Shown: positions 32,969 through 45,424 of the stretch, one piece after another
Layout: each line of letters starts with the position of its first letter
Numbering within the stretch: the stretch's first letter is position 1
Source of the DNA: Picochlorum sp. SENEW3
Lineage: Eukaryota
NCBI GenBank assembly: GCA_034226945.1
Contig: CP120455.1
Location: forward strand, 1,116,001-1,180,000
DNA length: 64,000 nucleotides
Direction of reading: 5' to 3'
Program-made: the position numbers and the translations under genes
Notes under the pieces: model-generated
The model's database searches: none
What the model saw: the letters and a program-made list of their open reading frames with translations, nothing else
What the model was told of the DNA's origin: nothing

Positions 32969-35900
32969 TTAAATATGTGTCTGTTCAAGCTCTTGGCTGA
33001 TGCTGGCTGTTCGGACAATGGTGACTGTGATGTCCAATGATTCCTCACCGCTCTGTATGGTGTGTTCCTGCTTGAACACTTCTTCCTCTGGTGCATTCTT
33101 GATGGATGCGTGACTGCCCTCATTCCACAGATGGATCGGAACGCCAACAGCTTCTGTGATGTATGCCTCTTGTGAAGACAAGATGTTGGTCAATGTGTCT
33201 TCAGGAATGTTGTCAGCTTGAAGGAACACTTCAATGGTGTCTTGGAGATTGATACCACATGATTTGCGTTGCTTCTGAATTCTATTCACAATTTCTCTGG
33301 CCATCTTGGATGTAAGCATATCAGTGTCGATGTGAAGGTCCACGAGAACGAGGACTTCACCATCTCCTGCTGCATCCAATTCCTCGGGGTTGGGATACCC
33401 TTCAGGCATCTTGAATTCGTTCAGAATCTTCACATCGTATGGAGTAATTGTTTCTCCTTCAACCTCTATTGATTTTCCATCTTTCAAGCTGATGAGTTCA
33501 TCTTGAGGGAGGTTCTTGATGGCTTTAGCAACCTGTCCCATTTTTTTACCGAGCTTCTTTCCAAGGACTCTAAAGTCTGGATCAGCCTTCAGTATTGAGT
33601 ATTTCATGGGGTCATTGCAGACTTGAATGTTCAGAGTATTGCACTCCTCTGCGACAAACTCCTGCAACTCTCCTGCAATGTCTGCCAAGAAAGAGTCATC
33701 AACATGTGCGATAATCACTTCTTTGATAGGAGTCTTTACGGAACGGTTATGCTTTGTGCGGATTTGACGGACAAGGTCGATGACAGATTGCATCCTTGTC
33801 ACACTAGCTTGCAGGTGCTCGTCTCCAGACATTTCCTCCTCAGCAGCAGGGAAGTCGCACCAATGTAATGATGCAGGCTGTTCATCTTGCATTGCACGCT
33901 TCAAGTTCTGATACATGTTCTCGGTAAAGAACGGAGTAAATGGAGCCATGGCTTTGCACAGCATCACTAATACATGATGCAGAGTGGCCAATGCCATTGC
34001 TGTATCCTCTGGGCCGTTGCGCCCTTTGAGACGCTTCCTGTTGTATCTGACATAAATATTTGTCAGGTTGTCGATGAACTTGACCAAGAAGGGTACAACT
34101 GTGTATAATCTATATGCCTGCATTTCTTTGCTCATAACTCGAGTGAGACTACGCACAGCCGCTGAAATCCATTTATCCAGGATATTAGTTTGTGGCTGTT
34201 CTAAAACTTTGTCAGGGTTGAGTTGCTTTCCTGTTTCTGCCTCCCACCTCAAAATGTTCTGAGCTGCAAATCTGTATGCATTATACCATGGCAAGAATAC
34301 TTCTCTAATGACACCTGATACCCCTTCTTCCTGAAATTTGAGGGTCTCTGCCCTCACGACAGGGGAGTTGATGAGATACAATCTCAAGGCATCTGCACCG
34401 TACTTGTGTACAACCTCCAACGGATCTGGATAGTTCTTCAGCCTTTTACTCATCTTTTTACCATCTGATGCCAGCACGAGACCATTGCATACCAGGTTTT
34501 TGAATGCAGGTTTATCGAACAATGCAGTCGATAAAACCATCATGGTGTAGAACCAGCCACGTGTTTGATCGAGGCCCTCTGCAACAAAGTCACCTGGAAA
34601 GTTGTTTTCGAATTTATCCTGATTCTCAAAAGGATAATGTGCCTGTGCATACGGCATTGATCCTGATTCAAACCAGCAATCAAAGACATCTTCAACCCTT
34701 TTCAGTTCGCCCTTGCCTTGCTTTGATGGAATTGTCAATGTGTCAATGAAATGTCTATGCAAATCATCAACCTTTGTACCCGTGAGTTCTTCGAGCTCTT
34801 GTTTGGATCCGATAACAACAATTTCTTCGCCATCATCACTCATCCAGATTGGAATTGGCGTGCCCCAGAATCTTGTTCTAGAAATCGCCCAATCTCGAGC
34901 ACCCTCCAGCCAATTATGGAATCGCTTCTCCTTCACATAAGATGGCACCCAATTTGTCTGAGCATTATTTTTGAGTAATTGAGGTTTGATCTCTTCAACC
35001 TTGACGAACCATGATGGAACAGTTTTATATATCAGAGGTGTATCAGACCTCCAGCAAAATGGATAGGAATGGACAATGGATCCGGAACTAATCAACCTGC
35101 CAAGGCCTTTAACGGCGGCAATGATCTCCTTGTCCGCTTCCTTCACGTGATGACCCTCAAAATCAGGAACATGGGACGTGAAGCAGCCATCGTCGTCAAC
35201 AGGACACGGGACAACACCGCCCTTCTTGATTACCCCATGTGCCAAACAAACACGGTAATCATCCTCACCAAAAGCAGGGGCCTGGTGGACAATTCCAGTA
35301 CCAGAGTCTGACGTCACATACGAATCTCCGCACACCTGGAAAGCTCCCTCTGCCTTCATATCAGCGAAAAATGGAAACAACGGTGTGTACCTCTTTCCAA
35401 CAAGATCAGAGCCTGGGATTTCTTGCATAATTTCAAAACCGTGAGCTGCTGCCCCATCATCTCCTTTCTTCGACTTTTTCTTTTTAGGAACAGCTCCAGG
35501 TATCTCTCCAAGACGCTCTTTCCCGATAATGAATACATTTCCAGTCGCAGGGTCCTTCACTTTAAGATAGGTGAATTCTGGGTTCACACAGAGTGCCAAA
35601 TTCGATGGCAATGTCCACGGAGTGGTTGTCCACGCCACCAGAGATGCACCATCTGGATCATCATCCATCGGAAAGGACACGATTACTGCAGGATCAGACA
35701 CATCCTTGTAGTTCTGTCCAGCTTCAAAATTTGACAGGGCAGTTGTACATCCAGTAGAATACGGCATGACCTGCAACATAGATCACCAATACGACAACCA
35801 TGAGCACGCACACATCATCATTTATTGATGTAAATTATATCATGATAGAGCTCAGGATATGAAGCAACATTCCGTTCAACGGGCCCAGAGGCCCTCGCAC

Positions 35901-36709
35901 AAGAGGTGTCAGAAATTATGTTTGCTAATTCATCATTGCTCGATATCAATTCAAAAGGTAATAACAACTCACCTTGAATCCTTTGTACACAAGCCCTTTC
36001 TCGTACAATTGCTTGAAAACCCACCACACACTCTCCATGAATGTTGGATCCAGCGTCTTGTAATCATTCTCGAAATCAATCCAGCGCCCCATTCTGGTCA
36101 CAATACTCTCCCATTCCTTTGAATATCTCATCACAATACTGCGGCATTCCTCATTGTAATTTGCAATACCAAGATCGAGAACATCCTGACGAGTCTTTAT
36201 ATCTACACAGAAGAGGACACCCCAGTCAATCGCAACCGGCCATGAACACCCTCCCAACTGACACCAATTCACATACCAAGCTTCTTGTCAATCTCATACT
36301 CCACTGGCAGCCCATGGCAATCCCATCCAAAACGTCGTGATACATGATGCCCAGTCGCACTAGCATATCGAGTCACAATATCCTGCAATCACACAAGGCC
36401 AGTAACATCATCAGCCTCTTCACACAAAGCAACCCTGTCCTCGGCCATGCCGCCACCCCAAAACCCACCACCCACCCTCAAACGCCCTACATATTCAATG
36501 CATACACATACTTTGATCGTTCCAGCGAGCAAATGACCATAATGAGGCATGCCAGTTGCAAAAGGAGGGCCGTCAAAAAAGACATATTCTGGCTTCCCCT
36601 CAGTTCGCCGCAATTGCTCATGAAATGCATCGATGGAATTCCAATACTTTAAAATCTTCTCTTCCTCGTCTGGAAAGCTGAAAAAGCGGCTCTCTCGCAC
36701 ATCCTCCAT
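32969..36709 (-). CDS. IARS1: Cytosolic isoleucyl-tRNA synthetase; 4 exons
   Basis: Introns 36511-36383, 36276-36203 and 35972-35771. [14 protein letters not shown] (HIGH), [32 protein letters not shown]. Confidence 0.97.
35848..35941 (-). ncRNA. Candidate intronic box C/D snoRNA in IleRS intron 3
   Basis: Box C ATGATGA (35936-35930), D' CTGA (35912-35909), D CTGA (35855-35852), terminal stem GAGC/GCTC. D box about 80 nt from the 3' splice site; the 202-nt intron is much longer than its neighbours. Confidence 0.7.
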
Positions 36710-36994
36710 TGCTGCTGGTCGCCGGATGCAGAGAACTCACAGTTGCTGGGTGATTGCAATCTGTTCGGATTCTATCACACTCTATGAAATAATTTGTTTT
36801 GAATACCACAAACTGTGGTTACTGAATCGACACATCAGCGCAATGCACTGAGCATGCAAACTCTCCTTATATAAGATTTTAAGTATAGTTTTTAAATGCA
36901 TACGAAATGCTGTATTCGCTCCGTTATCGACCCATTGGAAATTCTTTCTTTATTTAGTAGCTCACGTGTCTTTCTCATTGATGATATATCGTCA

Positions 36995-37400
36995 ATGGGC
37001 GAGTTGGGTGGCAAAAAAGACGACTTGACAGACGATACAGTGCTCAAATCTGCTCGAACGCGTTGTTACAAGGTACATATACGGTATATTTGATCCATTT
37101 TTGAATTTAAAAGGCATGATGTAGTGATTGATTGCTTTTCTTGTGCATATGCAGGCTAGGGACGACTATTACCAGTGCCTTGATAGCAGAGGAATAGAGC
37201 TATCTGCCAGCGATCCTGTGCCCGAGGTCTGTGCGAAGCAACGGAAGGATTTTGAGGCTTCTTGCAAGGCATCTTGGGTCAAACACTTTGACGCGACACG
37301 AGACAGGGAAGCTGGGGTGTTGAGAACCTTGAAGTCCAATATCAACGCGAGCGAGAAAAGTTCAGTAGGGACTCTTGCAGGGAAAGACCAGAGGGATTGA
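36995..37400 (+). CDS. COA6: Cytochrome c oxidase assembly factor COA6-like (107 aa); 2 exons
   Basis: Intron 37073-37154. RTRCYKARDDYYQCLD...CAKQRKDFEASCKASWVKHF gives the Cx9C-xn-Cx10C COX6B/COA6 motif. Confidence 0.85.
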
Positions 37401-37428
37401 ACGGCACCTGGAGGGGCTCAAAGTCGGG

Positions 37429-37788
37429 ATGGCAAAGGATGATGAACTGAAGAAAAAGAGGAAGAGGGGGTCGGAGAGCCCGAGCCGAGGCCAGCAAGAC
37501 GATAAGAAGAAGAAGGGCTCAAAAGCTCCAGTGACACAGCAAGTCCAGAAAAAAGAGGTGCAGCTGGATGCAGAACTGACTGCAGAGGAGATTCAAATGA
37601 TGGTTGCCATGGGTATACCTTTTGGATTTGAAAGTACTCAGGGAAAGCACGTGGAGGATGAAGCTGCGAATCAGGGAGCTGTCAAGACTGCGACAAAGCG
37701 CACTGCTCGGCAGTACATGAATCGCAAGGGTGGTTTCAACAAAGCCTTGCCAGCGGAGAAGACGGGAGAAAAGATACGAGGTGACTAA
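37429..37788 (+). CDS. SNRNP27: U4/U6.U5 tri-snRNP 27 kDa protein
   Basis: EEIQMMVAMGIPFGFESTQGKHV...KRTARQYMNRKGGFNKAL is the SNRNP27 C-terminal signature. Confidence 0.92.
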   Translation: MAKDDELKKKRKRGSESPSRGQQDDKKKKGSKAPVTQQVQKKEVQLDAELTAEEIQMMVAMGIPFGFESTQGKHVEDEAANQGAVKTATKRTARQYMNRKGGFNKALPAEKTGEKIRGD

Positions 37789-37803
37789 AACGGGTTGAAT
37801 AAA

Positions 37804-39751
37804 TTAAATATATTTCATCAGACTCTCATTCTCAGCCAAAGCGTTTGAAGGTTTTTTCGCCCTGGAATCTAGAGTGTAGAACTTTGGCGCCCTGTCTGGG
37901 TAGCAGACTTCACTACAGTTCGATCTGCAGCCCTGATCGAATGGATTCGTGAAATCTCCATCATCTGCATGTAAATATGTATACCGATGCCAGTTTGATA
38001 GCTCATTTGTAGTCACATTTCTGGACACTTGTGAGGCCTGAGCTATTGCCAATGCTGCAACAGATATTAGCAGAACCATATCAAAGACCACAAAGATGAT
38101 TGGCAGAATGATGGAGGGACTCGTAGAATCATTCGATATCTTAATAGCTGCAATATAAAATGAATAAAAGAGTTTGAGGTGGCTCGCATGATCAGACACA
38201 CATACATGAAAACAGGACACACATACCTCTCTGCAGGCACGACACCACTGTGATCCCACTAGCCAGTATGGCAGCTAATTCGAGCCACAAGAACACTAAA
38301 AAGTAGTGTCGATTCCCTTTCCCAATCGCATTACCTACCCATGGGCAAAAATGATCGAAACATTGCACGCAACGATCTGTTGTCGCACAATGCTTTGCCC
38401 GGAGTGGTCTCACAATGCGGCATGTGACACACAACTGACTCCATTGCCCTGCCCATAATGCTGGTGAATTCATCGAGGATTCATCTGATTTCCCCCCCTC
38501 TTCCATTCTTCTATTATTTGCTTTACTTCCAGACAGCGTTCCTCGAATCTCATGCTTTGATCCGACGGTGTTCCTGGGCAAAAATCCAGGGTCGGCAACA
38601 GTGGTCTTGTACAAGAAGATCAGGCCCACAAATGCCAACGAATACGTGATCCATGCACCAATTGTAATCAGAGTTGCAGATGCGGGGAAAATATCACTAT
38701 TCCAGACGATAGAGACGGACAGCAATCCCAACATACTCAGTATGATTCCCCAAATGACTGGTGCCAGATGCAGTCGAGACAGAGTTGCACACAACCCTCG
38801 ACTGCTGCCCCTCCTTGACTCTTTATGATACCGATACTCGGCGAGATTTAAACCGAGACCTCGGTGCCCCTTATCTATTGCCAACTGTGACGGAGTACAA
38901 CCAGATGCATCCGTGGTCTCCAGGGCATCTTCAGCCCCGCCCTGGAGCAACACCATACATGCATCCAAATGACCCTTCATTGCCGCCCAATGCAATGGGG
39001 TGCACTCTTCAATATCCATTTTCATAACATCCGCATCCATCACGATCAATAGCTTGCATGTATCACGAAACCCTTTATACGCCGCCCAATGAAGCGGTGT
39101 CCTACCATCTGCATCTGGCGAGTCTATATCAATGCCCCATTTCATGTACAAGTAGTACAAGATTGAGGTCTGCCCGTACTGAGCAGCTACATGACACAAC
39201 GAGTATCCTTTCGAATCTACAATCTTCGCATCACTTCCAGCTCGCAATAACGTATCCAGTGCACCCAAAGAACCCCGGACCACTGACCAATGCAGAGCAG
39301 TCTGTTTCGTCCTGTCCTGGGCATTGATATTCACCCCCTGATCTATGAGATATGCCACAATACTCACCCTATTATTCAGGGCTGCCCATTGCAGACAGTA
39401 ATATCCTTGATCATCTGGTCTATCCAGAATTTCCTTGACAGCATCCACCTTCTTTACTGCATTCGCAACAGGCGCTTGCTTCCCAGACCGCAAACCCGCC
39501 TGCTCCTCAACCAACTGTTTCAGTTTATCAAAGTCCCCGTACGCACAGGCCTTCCACACTGCATACAAAATATTTAAAATATTACTAAAAATACATTTTA
39601 TGCCTATATTCAATGCAAAATCACCAATCGACCCACCAGTGTCAATCTCTTCAACATCCCCTTGAGAGGACCCTTTGCGAGACTGAGGCTTCTTCTCCTC
39701 TAGGGTGGTTATTTCAACCACCTTTGATGAGTCATTTGCTGTATCCCCCAT
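37804..39751 (-). CDS. Ankyrin-repeat DHHC protein S-acyltransferase (TIP1/PAT24/AKR1-like); 3 exons
   Basis: Ankyrin repeats (TALHW, TPLHWAA); CVTCRIVRPLRAKHC...DHFCPWVGNAIG; NVTTNE and NPFDQG. Introns 39636-39559 and 38226-38148. Confidence 0.92.
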
Positions 39752-40029
39752 TATTGGGACAATATATGCAGTTTATTGTGTGAGACAACGAAGATTTGGA
39801 GGGCACATGTCTGGGTCGAATTGTATTTAATGTACTGATTAAGGAATTGTCTCGGCATTCATGAAAGCTTCTTTCCTGACAGTATAGTTCATAATTTCAT
39901 GCAAACCCTTGTTATTTATTCAATTTTCATATATGTCTCTATGTTTATGAGGCCATGAGTGGAAGATATCGGCACTGTACCATTTGAACGTAGCTCTCCG
40001 TCTGATTTTACAGGAATACGCGCTGTACA

Positions 40030-40941
40030 ATGGAGTCTGGAGAGATTGCAGACCTTGTCGTCTTCATAGTCTGCGTTTCTGCGTTCCTCTTGTATCATTG
40101 GTGGTGAGTAGAGCATCCAATTTGACTGCATGCATGTACTGAATCACTTTGTGTATTCCACCACCCCCTGTTTAGGTATTTCTGTTTGAGAGGGACGAGA
40201 TGGCTTCCTCATGAAAATCTCAATCTATGGTCTACAAATCTGAAGGCTCGCTCTCTGTGGGCGCATGTCATGATGAATGACAAAAGGGAAGCATTGGCTG
40301 CTGTCCATACAGTTCGAAATTTAATCATTAGTGTTTCTCTCTTGGCAGCGGCAGAAGCCTCGCTTATTGCACAGCTTCTCAACATTTTGACAGATCCCAC
40401 AAAGTTGGAACAGATGGACAAGTATGCGGCTAGCGACCCAATCACGAAAGGGGACTCATTCTTGTCTCCAGAAGTCAAGGTGGCATTGGCTCTCGGAGAC
40501 ATGTTTCTGTCTCTGCTTCTGTTTGCTCAGTGTGTGCGGATATCCGTGCATCTAGGGTTTTTGATCCGGATTGTTCCTGAAAATATGAATGCATGTCTCC
40601 CATTCAGGGAGACGACGTTTGTACTGATGCAGCGTGCAAGTCTCTTTTTTGCCTTGGGCATCCGGTGTTTATTTGGATTTGTTCCACTGGCATTCTACAT
40701 GACATTGGGTTGTTTGGCGCTGCTAGTCTCCACAGTGATATTAATCATTGTGATGTTATTCCTGGATGTTATTCCAACCACATATCACACGCAAACCCTG
40801 CTAAGATCGTCTGCAGATGCTGTTGTGGAGGCAAGCTCGTATGAAAGCCCACGATTGTCTGGTCATTGTGACGGAGCAGGAGTGTCTGGGCACCGGGTCG
40901 CGGCGGATACTTCTCGCCCAGATATTTCAAAGAGTTGCTAG
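40030..40941 (+). CDS. DUF599 family membrane protein; 2 exons
   Basis: Exon 1 (40030-40103, ...FLLYHW), intron 40104-40175. R..W...MM....LAAVHTVRN.I...SLLA and F.LGIR. Confidence 0.8.
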
Positions 40942-41180
40942 TGCAGGTCATGGTCAGACTATGTTGATGTCAAAGACATCTAGAAGAATCCACAGAGATT
41001 CACACTGTGTTGGTCAACAAGAGGCACACAGCATTTAACGTGTCGATGATGCGGATTCAATCATATATTATATGATAGTCTATAGGTCACTCGAATAATA
41101 ATACAATAAATGGTCAGTCCTAATATAGGTACAATAATAATATCTGTGTGCTCACACAACAAGGAAACAAGCGGCACATC

Positions 41181-41507
41181 ATGTCACAAGAGGTTGTTGA
41201 CATAGCGGATGTTGAAGCAGCTATACAGAGGCTATCGTCATACAATGGTGTGAAGGGAGTTATTGTATCGAATAGCGAAGGGGTTCCAATTCGTAGCACA
41301 CTATCAGAGCCAGAAGAGACTAGCAAGTTTTCAAATCTCAGTGCACGCATCCTACATCAAGGCGAGACGCATTTGAAGCATGCCAATGAGCATGATTCAA
41401 TAGGATCCATCCGAATCAGGGGAAAAAGAACGGAGGTTGTCATTACGTCGTCCATGCAAGGAGAATATCCTCTCATCCTGAGTGTTATTCAATCGCTAGG
41501 AGAATAG
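41181..41507 (+). CDS. Roadblock/LC7 dynein light chain-like protein
   Basis: VEAAIQRLSSYNGVKGVIVSNSEGVPIRST...IRIRGKRTEVVI....LSVIQ matches DYNLRB. Confidence 0.85.
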   Translation: MSQEVVDIADVEAAIQRLSSYNGVKGVIVSNSEGVPIRSTLSEPEETSKFSNLSARILHQGETHLKHANEHDSIGSIRIRGKRTEVVITSSMQGEYPLILSVIQSLGE

Positions 41508-41540
41508 ATTACTACTACTTTGTAACATGCAAAGTCTCCT

Positions 41541-42522
41541 TTATTGCAATACATGTGGATACTTTTTCCAGAAAGTATCTCCGATTATATCTTCATGGAA
41601 CACCTGTGGCTTTTTTACTGATTTTTGAACAACCTTGCCACTCTCTCGATGCTGCTCAACAACCATCTCAGCCCACACCACCACACTCCCCTGCATACAC
41701 ACAGATCATTTTGTGGCATAATGATTGTCACATCTATAGAACACCTTCAATAACGCACCTTTCTAAACATGGCCGGCAACGTATTGTAATTGACACCTCG
41801 TTGGAACATGATTTCATTCTTGTCAGCAGTCAATGTCCCTCGTAGCATTTTCTGCACCTCCTCCCTACTCTTCCCTTCTTTGATCAACATCCAATAACAT
41901 GTATTATACTGACAATTAATATGGGTATCGGCTTGCCTCCATGACAGATAATCCCTCAGACTCTCCAAATTTGGATACAACACAACTCTTCCATCAAACA
42001 ATGGGTTCTTCTCTAGGGGAGTATCAGGAAAGAAGGACGACCACATCCTCACATAGCTCACACTAAAGCATGACGTAATCAACGAGATGATCTTTGAAGC
42101 TCGCCTCCCATACAGCACCGCATCTTTATGAAAAACAAAGCTATACTCATCACTCTCCCCAAAAGCCACCCGAATATCAGGAAACTCCTTCATCACAGCC
42201 TGCGGACACGTGTTTCGATATATTTATATTCAGTACATTCATATACTGAATCCCCAAATGGCACACTGTGTACATTCCACGCACCACCGCAGCTGCATTC
42301 ATAAGGCCCAAACCCCTCTCATCATGGGGCTTTTCAAACCCATGCACTTCTGTAAACCTACCAAAACAACCACAACCGGTCAGCCAGAACACAGCAATCC
42401 CTCATATAGCAAGCGTACTTTGTAAACCCTTTCCCATCCAATCGAACGACTATCCAGCACTGCTGCAGCAGGGCATCATCTTGCTCAAACAACTTTACAT
42501 ATTCAAACTTGGTATTCGCCAT
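41541..42522 (-). CDS. THG1: tRNA(His) guanylyltransferase; 4 exons
   Basis: MANTKFEYVK.FE, WIVVRLDGKGF, FEKPHD, FGESDEYSF, FDGRVVLYP, DYLSWRQADTHIN, HEDIIGDTFW. Confidence 0.95.
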
Positions 42523-42926
42523 CCTTGTCTCTTGTAAGTCGATATGCAATCATTCATAGCCCATTGTATTTTTACCACATAATAGGATCCTAAAATCGTA
42601 GTATTATTCTGTATTCGTTGTCTGTTGGCAAGTCTCAATGCCGGGAACATGCATCGTCGCCCACAGCTCTAATTCTTTCGAATATACTTCCGTTGCGCAT
42701 TTTCATACACCAATCTACTATACTATGAATATGTGCGTAGTCTTACACAGTATCATGCAGAATTGTACCACAGATGTAGACAGTTTTTTTTATTCCGAAT
42801 CCCACCCCAAAAAAAATCACACAAATGCATGCATGATTCTGGGTGTGGGATACCTAGGTCGACTCGACCAACTGAATTTATTATGACATTGTAGTCTCAT
42901 GGGCTGTGATGTACTGGTCATCCTGG

Positions 42927-45424
42927 CTAGATGGCCAAAAGGGTGGCCAGGACACCTGCAAGAGAGGTGGAAAATTTAAGCCATGTCATACCTGCTGATG
43001 ATGTACTCCTCGGATTCTTTTGCGCATCTTGATACTTTTTCGCACATTCGACAAATGGTCCAAAGTTGATACTTCCAAGTCCAGTAACAGGGTCCCAGCC
43101 AACAGAAGCTGGGAACCCAAATAGACACAAATCTCCATTCTCGTCAGCTTGATTATCGCCCAATGTAATGTCAGTGAATGCATCAGGGCAGTTGTCTGCC
43201 ATCCAGTAGAGCATTGGATTTGCATATCCGATCAGACTGTATCCTTCATCCAACAGTTTCTGATTCGCCATGGTGAACAAGGAGGCTGCCAAAGGCGTGG
43301 AAAGCGAGGTTCCACTGACTGAAGTGAGTCTTCCTGTTGGATCCAGTATGGGAAACATGGAGGCATACGCCGAAATATCCGGATACCCGCGGCCTGTTGG
43401 ATTGTAACCAGGAGTATCAGCGGTGGGGAATCCCGAAAAGGTGGTGGCATTATTCTCCTGCAAATACTTTTTGACAAATGCCTCTTGCCATGCTGGCGTG
43501 GTGACATTTAGCCAAGGCCCAGAGAATCCGCCTCCGGACGTGACTCCTCCGTTGGTTGATCCAGAGCAAACAACTTCTTGTGTTTCCAAATTCTCGCCTA
43601 AAGCCAACAACTGTGTCCCTCCCACTGAAACCACCCAAGGGCTTACTGTTGGCCAGGCCTGTGAAAGGATGTTACTTGCCAAAGGACCACCATCAGAAGG
43701 TGAATAGCAAGATCCTTCTCCTGCACTAGCTCCGTCATCTCCTGAAGATACCAGGATTGTCATACCCACCGCAGCAAGTTTCTTTAGATAGCCTTCCAAT
43801 GCATCTACTGGAAGAGATGCTGTGTTGACGTAATTCCAAGTCCAGCTGAGAGATGCAACCTGAGTTTGTGGTTCCGCATTCAACGCATCATCAAGGAAGT
43901 CCATCAACAACTGGGCAACTTCCTCTGCGGTTTCACCCTTGCTGGATGGCGCAAAGTATGTGGTGGCATTTGGTGCAAAGCTCTGTAATGTCTGAGTATC
44001 CAACATGCTCTCGAGGCAATTATCTGTGCCTTCACACACAGAAACGTTATTTGGTACACCAAAATCACGGATGCGTAACTCACTGTGAGGCTCTAGGCCC
44101 AAAAGGCCGAGATATTCATTCACAGCAGTCACATTGACTGCAGAATCTTCATTGCCTATAGACAGGAGAGAAGCCTGCACAGTCTCTGAAGACCCTTGCA
44201 GCGAAGGATCCACCCCGTACAACTCTCGGATTGTCAATGCAGATGCATTGTAGTAGTTGAACATTGATATAGGAAGGCTGTCGCGGATCAACCCAATACC
44301 TTGAGTTGTATTGACTGTAAAAATTGCAGAACCACTGTACAAGGCATTTGGCACCGTATACTTGTACAGTGGGATCCCCAACACATATGTGTCTTCTGTC
44401 AATGGTACAGGGCCCTTCAATTTCTCACAAACCTCTGGAATTTGCGCACACGTCTTGGCAATCTCGGCAAGATTGTCAAATCGAATGGTGATTGGATCTG
44501 CACTGGGGGTTCCAGGGATACCAGTCATTGGCTGAAGAGCCACATCGAGCCCCAAAAAGCAGTTGTCGTTATTGGCACCGACCAAATACGGAGCATCTGC
44601 TCCTGCACATTGCAGCAGCATCACTGGACTGTTGCACCACGCACCCAAGTTCTTCACGGCATCACTCTTACTCTCAGTGAACAATTGATAGAAAATACCT
44701 GTGCCCAACACATATGTATTTGCCTCGTTCTTTGGAGGACTATCTTCTGTCGATTGAGAATCATCTTGCTGCAACGTGCGACCAACCACATGTCTATATG
44801 ATGGCTTCCTGTCTGTCTCCCTCAAAGCAGCTCCTCCCTCTTGTTGATTCCTCCGGGAAGTATCCGATACTATCATCATACGAGACACCAAATGCTCCAG
44901 GCCAGCATCCTGTAGCGCCGATGCCACCCCATGCACAACCCTTTCAAGCTGCCTGTTGTTCACAACAGCACCAGATAAGGATTGTTGCACAAATGCGCTC
45001 GGTCTTGCACGGCGCATTGCTCTCTCCTCCATACCATCGAAAGATGGTATGCGAATATGCATCCAGTCTCGAAGCGCAGAAACACGCCGAGCATGGCCCC
45101 CAATCTGCTTCTCCACCACCTGAACCAAGTGCTCCACCTCGTCTTCGGTGAGTCCCAGGACGTCCCGCACGTGATTACGATCCAAAGCGATCCCATGCCC
45201 TAACGCTTCATCCAAGATTCCATCACGACCCTTGCTATTGAAAAACAGAGATGCTTCCAACCAGGCAGATTGACCAATTGTCGGAACCCGCGTGCCGGCG
45301 CACAACGAAGACCCTGCACGAATCCCAGACTGTGAGCCAGATATACAAAACAAAACATATGTATTAATATCCACGTACAAATCCATAGGGTGGAAGCCAC
45401 CAAGAGCCAAAACGTACTTCCCAT
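42927..45424 (-). CDS. Sedolisin (peptidase S53, tripeptidyl-peptidase I-like), secreted, with GPI/TM-like tail; 2 exons
   Basis: Exon 1 (45424-45379) is a signal peptide, intron 45378-45314. ESMLD (ExxLD), SSGDDG, GRGYPDISA, SGTSLSTP, GWDPVTGLG; hydrophobic C-terminus after SSAG. Confidence 0.9.

Noticed and set aside
39559..39636. In-frame hydrophobic insertion in the PAT N-terminus
   Set aside because: It is an AT-rich, stop-free 78-nt GT-AG intron read through by the ORF caller.
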